From: Rhynchobatus australiae
Taxonomy: Eukaryota
Length of the DNA: 64,000 nucleotides
Assembly (NCBI GenBank): GCA_034780895.1
Contig: JAUZTB010000063.1
Coordinates: 14,997,485 to 15,061,484, forward strand
Direction of reading: 5' to 3'
Part shown: in pieces, positions 1 through 8,779 of the stretch
How the letters are laid out: each line of letters opens with the position of its first letter
Numbering within the stretch: position 1 is the stretch's first letter
The notes under the pieces: generated by a model
What the model was told of the DNA's origin: nothing
Seen by the model: only the letters and a program-made list of their open reading frames with translations
The model's database searches: none
Program-made: the position numbers and the translations under genes

Positions 1-1729
1 TTGGGGTCACTTCCCATATCCCTCGGCCTCAGTAATGTTTTATACTTTTCAAGCTGCCTTTAAAATTTACCCCTGTCCAAGCTTTCAGTCACTGCTCCAA
101 ATATTTCTTCCTTTATTTTAGGTTTATTTTTTTTAAATACATGGTAAGTAACAGAGGAGCTACATCAAGGGAATTGTATAATGCAGTTTGCTACACCTGG
201 CTTTGCTTGAAACCTGTTGCATTTGTAAAGTTGATGCAAAAAATGATAATCATTATATTAATATTAAGAGGCTAAAGTCTGAACAAACTCATTACTATAT
301 CTCAGTTGTTATAGATTTTATTCTTACTATGTTTTCACTGTATTTTTACCTACCATCCCATCTCTGAACACCAAGAAAAATTACTACCTGGTTAGTTTGT
401 TTCCACAGAGCATTTGAAGGTTAATGGGATGTTGCGGCTACAGCAACAAAAATATAGATGTCATTTCTTTACATACTCTTCAAATTTTACTTTAATTCAT
501 ATTTCCCAGAATGTCATTATTGATTAGATGTAACAAAGTGATTGATAATATATAAATTGAAAGCAGCAATGAGTATTAATACATAATAAAAGCCATTGCT
601 GCTAAAATGGTAGAACGGCGATCAGCTGCTGATTGTTAGCGATGAATGTTCCAGTGTGTGCTGTGTTGGAGCAGCAGATCCTGAGCTGATTAAAGTGCTT
701 GGTGCATCAACTTTACTACCCCACCTCCCGGTCTTAGCATAAAGCACAATGGCATGCTCATGGTTAGAGCATGTAGGACCAAGCATTCCTAATCAACACC
801 ATTCTTGAGGATCTAATTTAATGGTTTAACATGGCGCATTTATTTCTTTTGACGCAGGTCTACTGCCCTGACTGCTTGCGGGTTTATGAAACTGCAATTC
901 CGTTTCAATCCATTCTGTCGACATTTAGAAAATTCTAAATTAGGCAGCTCGTGCTCTCTGCATGCTAATGCTGGGTTAGAAGCAGCATAGTCAGCAGATG
1001 GATTACGGCAGTAAAATTCAAATAACTTTTACAAGAATACGATTGCTATTCATACATTACACCAATTGAAGCAAGCAGGAGCGTTTTCAGTTTCTATTTC
1101 CAGTACAGACTTGAGCTGAACCAAACATCATTCAAACCATTTGTGCAAATCCCCATTTTTATGCCCAGATTTTCTAATCTTACCATGCAAGAATGTTATT
1201 TGTAATTTAATAATGTTGATTTCATTTCTGAAAATGATAAAAATCTATCAAGATTTATTCTCTTTCCCCACCCACATGATCTTTTCCTGATACTCAGCAC
1301 ATTGACTCACCTTTTTAAATAAATCAGTAGAAATAGAAGGTGATCAATAGAAGGATTTAATGCACTGTTGTTTAACTCTTTTGTTGCTACATGTCCTTCT
1401 GTTGAGACACTGCAGGAAGAGTCTGCCAACAAAAAAAGCTAAGTCTTTCAAAGGCTATGGATGAGAATGCAGCGTTTGTGAAGCTGCCAACAGTATGCAA
1501 TTTTGTATAAATCACTTAAGTCTGTAGAAGTGCATTCCATTCTTGCTGCAGAAGTTGTGAAATGGTTACTACCACATAATGTGCTCCGATTCTCTTCCTT
1601 CTCCCATATTTTGAATTTGTTGCAGGTATTTTCACAATCCTTTGCCAGCATATGTTTCACTGCATACTGCCCCTCGTATCCACTAATACTGCTCCCTGTT
1701 CTCTTTCCCCTTTCTCTTCCACTCTTTGT

Positions 1730-1799
1730 CACACACACACACACTTTCTCTCACACTCATTCACTCACTCGCGTGCGTGCACACACACGCACACACACA
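1730..1799. repeat. Compound (CA)n / CACT microsatellite
   Basis: cacacacacacacactttctctcacactcattcactcactcgcgtgcgtgcacacacacgcacacacaca. Confidence 0.9.
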
Positions 1800-1999
1800 T
1801 GGCAAGATTATGCTTTACGGTAATTAGCAGACTCATCTGCACTTCCACCATTTTATAGAATTCACAGTAACACAGCATGCAGAAAAGTGTGTTTATAAAT
1901 AAACAGAAAATGTCTTGAAGTGGAACGAGCCCTCGCTGGTTTCACTCAGATGAAAAGGTTGATGATTTTTCTTCCGTTATAAATTAATTCAACTCTTCT

Positions 2000-2481
2000 C
2001 AAAAAAATCCCTTTTTATTGCCTTTTAACATTTTGGCACAGTACAAATTGGTGCTTTTACAAGATAAACCTGTAAAGTCTGATATTGGGCTTAGAAAGAA
2101 TTTCCATATAAATATGTTTGACTGCATCCTCATAGCACTGGCTTTAAAAATTACAGAATGCCCTTTTAAACTGGTTCGGCCCATTTTTTTTTCCAAAGTC
2201 ATGAAAGCGTCTTGAACAGCTTTCTCTTCTTAAACATAAGTTACAGGTTAGAAAATAGTTTATTTTTTTATATATATATAATCACTTTTTTAATCAGCCA
2301 TGGTTGCTCTGATATAAGCATATACAAGAAAACAGTCTTGGGTTCTGCACTTTTTACAAAATTCTGACAACTTGTGCATTCTATTGCATATATATATATT
2401 ATATATACACATATGTATATTACATATTATATATATATTATATATATATTATATATATTACATACATATATAATGTACAGG
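2000..2481 (-). other. LRRC4: LRRC4 proximal 3'UTR with candidate polyadenylation signals
   Basis: Follows the TGA stop at 2482-2484. Minus-strand AATAAA (TTTATT on +) occurs at 2259-2264 and 2014-2019, with more distal copies at 1254-1259 and 839-844. The true 3' end cannot be determined from sequence alone. Confidence 0.65.
2387..2472. repeat. Imperfect (TA)n microsatellite in the LRRC4 3'UTR
   Basis: About 85 nt of near-pure alternating T/A starting ~10 nt after the stop codon. Confidence 0.9.
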
Positions 2482-4380
2482 TCAGATCTGAGTCTCCTGA
2501 ACCTTTTCCTTGGTATGTGTCTGTATAATAAAGGGCTCAGGTATTGTGGTGTTGAGCGAGTTACCCAGGCTGTTCTCTGTCCAGTGAGCCCCATGTGCTG
2601 GTTTGTACGTGTTATAGTTCATGTGGTCGTGGACCGAGGGTACGACAACAGCTCCTTCGGATGGCGTGAGATCCTCCTCCATGTTAATGATCTCTGTAGT
2701 CCTGGCTGCCGCCACCGTGCTCCGTTGTTGGTGCCGCTTGCGAAGTTTGTAAAACACAATGAGCATGGCAGCTGCCAGCAGTGTTACCGCCACAAAACAA
2801 CCGATGATGATTTTTGTGGTTTTCATGACTTCATCTAGGCTGGTGCGAGTCGTGTCCATGGCAGCCAGTGTAGGGACCACCACCACTGTTTTGGGACTCC
2901 TCGTGCTCTGCAGTAGCACCGTGGGAGTGGAGATGAACGCTGGCTTGTAAGTGGGTGGTGTCGACAGAAACGGCGGAACTTTAGTCCTGACGGTTTCGGG
3001 TGTTGTTTCCACGGTAACTGTGGAAAAGTAGGTGTAATTTGACGTGTTGATCTCTGCCATGCTAACTCTCAGGAAGGCAGATGCATCAGCGTTCCCTGCC
3101 ACGTTGGTGACCATACATTTGTAGTTACCAGCATCTGTTATTAAAACGTGCAAGAAGTATAGGGTTCCATTGTTAAATACAGACATACGGGGATGTGTTG
3201 AGCCATGACTCAATACCGTGTTGTTGGGCAACAACCACCTTACAGATGACATGGAGGACGTTCGACATTTCAGTTTGGCCGTTCTCCCTTCGGAGATGTT
3301 TAGGTTCTGTGGTGGCTCCAGTATAACTGGTCGTGAGCATTGGAAAGTGCCTTGTTCTACTTCGGTCAAATATTTTCCCCTCATGTGAAGCGGGGAGTGG
3401 CACCGGCCACAGCAGGTAGAGTTTGTAGGGATGTACTCTCGCAGCCACCAGGTGAGCCAGAGGATATCGCAATCGCAATTCCATGGGTTGTGGTGTAAGT
3501 GCAACTCCACCAGGTATCTCAGTGGTGCAAACAGATCATGTGGCAGTGAAGTAAGGTTATTGTGGGCCAGATTTAGTTCCACTAGTGCAGTGAGGTCATC
3601 AAAGGCATTCCGCTCAATCAGATTGACTTGCGAATTCATAAGCCAGAGCTTTTTTAATGATTTAAGCCCCTGAAATGATCCTGGTTTAATTGCAGGGAAA
3701 TGGTTACTGGACATTTCCAGCTCTTCTAATCTCACCAGTGGTGTGAGATTTGGCATGTCCTTCAGGTTACACATCCCCAGGTTAAGGTATTTTAAGTTAA
3801 TTAAGCCCTCAAAAGCACCATCCAAAATGTATTCTAGTTTTCTAAGTTCCCCCAGATCCAGGCGCAGCAGTGATGGCACCCTGTTAAAAGCATATGATGG
3901 AATGCTTTCGATGGGATTGTTCCTGAGCCACAATTCACGCAGTTTTGAAAAGGACTCGAATGCGCCACTTGGTATCACAGTCAGTCTATTCTCAAACAAC
4001 TCCAGTGTGTTAAGGCTAGTCAGTCCATTAAATGCACCAACCTCTATTTGCCGGATGGAATTCCGGCCAAGCTGTAAGACCTCCATGTGGTACAGATGTC
4101 GAAAGGTGTCTGCCTTGATAAGCTGGATGTTGTTTTCCATGAGATTGAGGTACCGGGTATTAGAAGGGATCCCTTGAGGGACCTCCTTTAGTCCACGGCG
4201 AGTGCAGACGACTTTGCTGAAGTGATTACTGCAGGAGCAGATTTCTGGGCAACTCTGTTCTCTGTTTGATGCTTCGCATATACTCCACATCCGTACCGTG
4301 AGGTAGACAAGAAGAACCAGGGCAGCATTCCAGGTGTGATGCACAGTTACCTGCCACAAGAGATTCATGATGTGGCACAT
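2482..4380 (-). CDS. LRRC4: Leucine-rich repeat-containing protein 4 (netrin-G ligand 2, NGL-2), intronless CDS. The vertebrate-orthologous start is probably the ATG at 4368 (MNLLWQVTVHH).
   Basis: 632-aa ORF with the full NGL architecture: signal peptide, LRRNT (CPEICSCSNHFSKVVC), LRR array, LRRCT (NPWNCDCDILWL..CCGRC), Ig domain (LKCRT..VRW..DAGNYKC), Thr-rich stalk, TM helix (IIIGCFVAVTLLAAAMLIVFY) and C-terminal PDZ-binding ETQI. The N-terminus and the tail KPAHGAHWTENSLGNSL match my recollection of LRRC4 rather than LRRC4B or LRRC4C. Confidence 0.97.
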   Translation of the reverse strand: MCHIMNLLWQVTVHHTWNAALVLLVYLTVRMWSICEASNREQSCPEICSCSNHFSKVVCTRRGLKEVPQGIPSNTRYLNLMENNIQLIKADTFRHLYHMEVLQLGRNSIRQIEVGAFNGLTSLNTLELFENRLTVIPSGAFESFSKLRELWLRNNPIESIPSYAFNRVPSLLRLDLGELRKLEYILDGAFEGLINLKYLNLGMCNLKDMPNLTPLVRLEELEMSSNHFPAIKPGSFQGLKSLKKLWLMNSQVNLIERNAFDDLTALVELNLAHNNLTSLPHDLFAPLRYLVELHLHHNPWNCDCDILWLTWWLREYIPTNSTCCGRCHSPLHMRGKYLTEVEQGTFQCSRPVILEPPQNLNISEGRTAKLKCRTSSMSSVRWLLPNNTVLSHGSTHPRMSVFNNGTLYFLHVLITDAGNYKCMVTNVAGNADASAFLRVSMAEINTSNYTYFSTVTVETTPETVRTKVPPFLSTPPTYKPAFISTPTVLLQSTRSPKTVVVVPTLAAMDTTRTSLDEVMKTTKIIIGCFVAVTLLAAAMLIVFYKLRKRHQQRSTVAAARTTEIINMEEDLTPSEGAVVVPSVHDHMNYNTYKPAHGAHWTENSLGNSLNTTIPEPFIIQTHTKEKVQETQI

Positions 4381-4455
4381 TCATAATTCACCATAGTCTG
4401 GGAACGGCACTGATTTGAAAATCGGCTCTACCCCGGCACAGCAGGCTACCAGTGC

Positions 4456-4503
4456 CTGTAGCGATCGACAGTGAAAGGGAGAGGGGGTGGGGTTGGGAGA
4501 CAG
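4456..4503 (-). promoter_or_regulatory. LRRC4: 3' splice acceptor of the LRRC4 coding exon (exon starts at about 4455)
   Basis: The minus strand reads TCTCCCAACCCCACCCCCTCTCCCTTTCACTGTCGATCGCTACAG|GCACTGG: a pyrimidine tract plus CAG, 87 nt upstream of the ATG at 4368. This fits a non-coding first exon followed by a single coding exon. Confidence 0.75.
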
Positions 4504-4538
4504 AGGCAGCTATTGAAAGACTTAAGTGTTGTGTGACA

Positions 4539-4759
4539 NNNNNNNNNNNNNNNNNNNNNNNNNNNNNNNNNNNNNNNNNNNNNNNNNNNNNNNNNNNNNN
4601 NNNNNNNNNNNNNNNNNNNNNNNNNNNNNNNNNNNNNNNNNNNNNNNNNNNNNNNNNNNNNNNNNNNNNNNNNNNNNNNNNNNNNNNNNNNNNNNNNNNN
4701 NNNNNNNNNNNNNNNNNNNNNNNNNNNNNNNNNNNNNNNNNNNNNNNNNNNNNNNNNNN
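4539..4759. other. N-run (gap or masked sequence) in the LRRC4 5' region, one of many in the window
   Basis: Run of n characters; other N-runs often abut young repeat fragments. Confidence 0.95.
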
Positions 4760-5120
4760 CGGAGTTGAGAAAGCTGTCGAGTGAGCTCCATCTCCAATAA
4801 AGCATCCAAGCACTCCGCTTTGTGTAGAGCACTTCGTCTGTCTTTTTTTTCTCCCACCTCTCTACTGCTGTTACCAGCCTCTTTCTTGGTGGTAGCTTTG
4901 CTCTCTAATCTATTTCGCTCTCCTCTCTGCCAGAGTCGGCTGATTTAAAAACAGCTACGAGCAGCATATTGCAGTCAGCAGCTTAACTAGCCAGTTCTCC
5001 ACCAGTAGACGCAGCAGCTGCAGGCTGCCTCCCGCACAGTTAGCAATAATCCGTTGATTGCTCCAAGGGGAGGGGGGAGGCGATTGGAGGAGGAAAAGAT
5101 TGTTGGAGAGCGCTCTCTTT
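4760..5120 (-). promoter_or_regulatory. LRRC4: Probable LRRC4 promoter / non-coding first exon region
   Basis: Locally raised GC and CpG content, a GGGGAGGGG box at ~5067-5075, ATTGG (CCAAT on minus) at ~5083-5087, no repeats, and a position just upstream of the acceptor. The TSS and donor site are not resolved. Confidence 0.5.
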
Positions 5121-6539
5121 CTCTCACTGATGAAATGAAAATCTTCAGTGATGAGCCTTTTTTTTAAAATGTTGGCAGAATTAGCATCATAACAGAAGGA
5201 AATAAAGATCCTGTTCTCCTCCCACTGTATTTCTTGTGATATCCTTTTTTTGTTTTGAGGTAGTGAGTTGTGGCAGTTTCCTTTTAGTCTTTTGTCCTGT
5301 TAATAACGTCTTTGTTGGCCAGTGACTTAACAGCTGCAGCAGAAACCTCTGTCTTCTGGAACAATTTATTTCTTTTTCTCCCTTTCTCGCGTCTCCCTTT
5401 GCAGGCAACCACACAGGCTGCGCTCTCATCTCTTTGTCCTTCACTCTGAACGTGAATGTATTGCTGACGCATGTCGTAATAAGCAGTACATTGGTGTGAT
5501 GCAGTGCTCTTGTATGTATGAGCAAGCTACACTGTCCCACCAACCCCCACCCTGAGCCTTTTCATCCTTCTTCCTGCCCCGCTGTCTTCCCCCTAGGGTT
5601 TACTGATAAATGATTCCAGTGGTGTTGTATTTTAGATGAATATGTAATCTGCAAAGGGGATAGCAATTCAGACTCTGTAGTGCTCGTGCTATTTTGGTCT
5701 TTGCTGAGTGCATGTGATGTGGTGGCTGAGTCTTTCAAGTAGCAAATATGTTGCAGTGATTTAAGCTAGTTTACTGTCCTTAGTCCCTGTTGGGATAAAC
5801 ATGAATTGATGTTTCAACTGCTGGGGGCCAGTGAGCTGCAATTGGTCAGCTGGCTGCCAGTGTTACGTCATCCCTTATAATGCTGAGCTGGCTGCTCTGT
5901 GGATGGCAAGACAATCTGTTAGGTGAAGAGAGAAATGCTTCCGCATAGTATGGAATGGCAGGAGAAAAGACTGTAAGCAAAATGGAGTCTTCATTCTGAA
6001 TGACTAAATGCAATGAAAGTACAAATGTCTCCCTTAACTTTTTAATGCTTACCTTTTCATCTTTTATTTTTTCACATGACCAGCAACTCTACCGATTTTG
6101 GGCTCCTGTGGATTTTCAGTGTTGTGTTCAGTTGTGTACCAGCCGGTGCTGATTAGACTCAATTCAATAGCAGATGCTGGTACACAATTGTACTGTAGTG
6201 ATAGACCTATCTGTATTTGTGCATGCAAGAATTGGAATAGTTAGCCTTATAATTGTCTTATATAGTGTGTTGTGGGTTTAACTTTGGAATGGAGTATTTG
6301 AGAAGGTCTGTCCTGATGTACTGTATCATTGTGCGCCTCTTGTGTTTTGGAAGATATTAGTTCATTATCCAGTCATGGACAAGAATAAATAACATGGCAG
6401 AAAGTTTGTAGCTCTAATAATTAAGGTTAGTAGAAAATTATGTTTGTGGAGAGGAAGAATTTTGGTTCAGACCATTGGGAAGTGGACTTAGTTTGCTTGG
6501 AGATGAGGAATACTGAGGGGGATAAAAACATAGTGGAAG

Positions 6540-8040
6540 TTGTTTACATATTCCCCTTAACATTGGGCAGACAATTGGTCAGGATCTTCTCATGGCTTAT
6601 ACCAAAGAAAATGCGATAATTTTTATATAGATTATTCCAAGATGAACTTGAGGAAGAAACGCAATTGAGAAAAATACATTGTGCACCCGTCTTGAGAATA
6701 GGGTATATTAGATTGGCTAATGTTTAACATGGCAGGATTAAATGGTAGTCTTTATGCGAAGGATCATCTGGGAAAGAGTGACCAGAAAGTGAAAGCATTT
6801 CACATTCAGTTTGAAAATTACAAATTTGAGTCCATTAACTGAAATTTCAATAAAGGCAATTACATAGATGTAAGAGTTGAGTTGTTTAAGGCACATTGGG
6901 AAAATAGACTAAAAGGTGTGATGATAGTTAAGTAATGGTAGATATTTGAAGAAATCTTTCTAATAAACTTGTAGATTGAGAGAATTTTAGAAACCAGAAA
7001 AGATGACTGAAACAATTTTTAAAGGGGTGGAAATAGAATATGTATGTAAACTAGCAGGCAGCACAAAAACAGATTGTCAGGGTTTCCATAAGTTTATAAA
7101 AAGAAAAAAGGCAAAATTATGCATTTACCTTTTAGCTGAGAAAGGAGAAATGGTAGAGCGTCTGTCTTCACAGCTGTCTGAAAATCCTGGAATCCATTAT
7201 CAAGGAGGTAATAAAAGAAGAGCAACATGATTAGGCAGCGTCAGTACAGTTTTATCAAAGGAAATTGTGGTTAACAAATTTATTAGAGGCTTTTGAGGAT
7301 GTAATTAGCAGAACAATTAAAACAGAAACAGTGGATGTAGTATGTTTGAGTTTCCAAAAGGCATTGGATTAGATCCCACATAAAATATTAGTATATAATA
7401 CAAGGTCTTGTCAGGTGATGATAATATATTTTTATGGATAGGTTGACAAAATCAAAACAAAGAGAAAGCATAAAGGGGTCATCTTCAAATCGGCAAATTG
7501 TAGCCAATGGGGTACTTCTGGGATCAATGTCGGGATTTCAGTTCTTTCCAATCTCTGTTATTGACTTGGATAAAGGAAATGACTGCAGATTTGCTAATAA
7601 TGCAAAGGTGTGAAGGTAAGATGTGAAGGGCATGAAAAGGGTTTATTGGCAGGTTAATTGAGTGTGGGAGAAAGATAGCAGGAAAGCTATAATTAGGAGA
7701 AATGTGAGCTTAACCATGTTTGGTAGGAATGATGGAAAAGCAGAGTATTGTTGAAATTGTGTTTGGGGAGATTGGTGTCCTTGTAAAAGAAACAGGAAGT
7801 AATTAATAGGGTAATTGAATGTTGGTCTTTATTACGGGGGTGGGGTGGGGGAATTAAGCACAGAAGTAATGTTGTAATTTATTGGGCTTTGATGTGACCA
7901 AACCTGGAGAACTTCATACAGATTTGGTGGTCTTATTTAAAGAAGGATATTTTTGCATTGGAAGCAGCCCACTGAAGGTTTCCTAGATTGATTCTTGGCA
8001 TGAGGGGTTTGTCCTTTGAGAAAAGTGAGCATAACAGGTG
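6540..8040 (+). mobile_element. Decayed CR1-type LINE (ORF2 RT region)
   Basis: Degenerate RT motifs near 7250-7380 (..TNLLE.FEDV..VDVV..FQKA..IPH) and an RPxLE-like motif near 7895; many stops and frameshifts. Confidence 0.8.
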
Positions 8041-8049
8041 AATAAATGA

Positions 8050-8770
8050 ATACTGAGGAGTAGTGGAACAAATTTGAAGAGAACATTAATAAGCTTGCAG
8101 AATAGGTGAATAAGTGACATCAGGTTCAACCCATTACAGCGAGGTAATTAATTTTGGTAGGAAGTAGAGGAAGGACACTTGGAAAATGTGAGAGTGATGT
8201 GCTAGAGGAACAAAAGGTGATGGTACAACTATACTAATCATTGAAAATTGTGGCACAGGTTAGTGAGGCCAGAAAAATACAAAGCAAGTTTTAGGGTGCA
8301 TTTCCAGAAGAAAATAATTGAAAGGTAGAAAGTTACATTAACTAAAACTGTATTTGGAGTACTGGGTCTTTATTACTATGAAAAGGAGATAAAGCCAGTA
8401 AAGAGGCTACAGGGAAGATCTCCAAGGATGAAACCAGGAGTATGAAGGCATGCAATATCAGGGAAGATTGAACAGACTCAATCTCAGTTCTCATGAGGAA
8501 AAAAAAGGTAGAGAGGTAACCAGCTGCAGGTCTTTAAAATTCTGAAAGGTTTTGCTAGAGCAGATACAGAGAGAATGTTTCCACTCATGGGGAATTAGAA
8601 CCTCTCAATTCAGGAAGGTCATCCGGTGATGGAAATTCACCCATCACACATCATGTCTTTACCTAAAGAGTGGTGAGAACATGGAACTTGCTGCAACAGG
8701 GAATTTTTTGATTTGACTGGTACAAAATGCATTTAAGAGGAGACTGGATACCATTTGGGATTAAGTAGTT
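8050..8770 (+). mobile_element. Decayed CR1-type LINE 3' fragment
   Basis: CR1 C-terminal-like motifs: ttggagtactg, gtctttaaaattctgaaaggttttg, agagtggtgagaacatggaac, gcatttaagaggagactggata. Confidence 0.7.
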
Positions 8771-8779
8771 TATCTGATT

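Noticed and set aside
1448-1858. ORFs of 68-106 aa around the CA repeat
   Set aside because: Low-complexity translations (THTH, CVCV) of a microsatellite.
2476-2484. Stop-codon readthrough of LRRC4
   Set aside because: The context is TGA CCT, not the TGA CTA G motif, and extension would mask the terminal ETQI PDZ ligand.
2374-4177. Plus-strand ORFs (2374-2838, 2759-2950, 3431-3673, 3743-4177) and the alternative-frame minus ORF 3173-3484 overlapping LRRC4
   Set aside because: Shadow ORFs caused by the codon structure of the LRRC4 CDS; no recognisable protein features.
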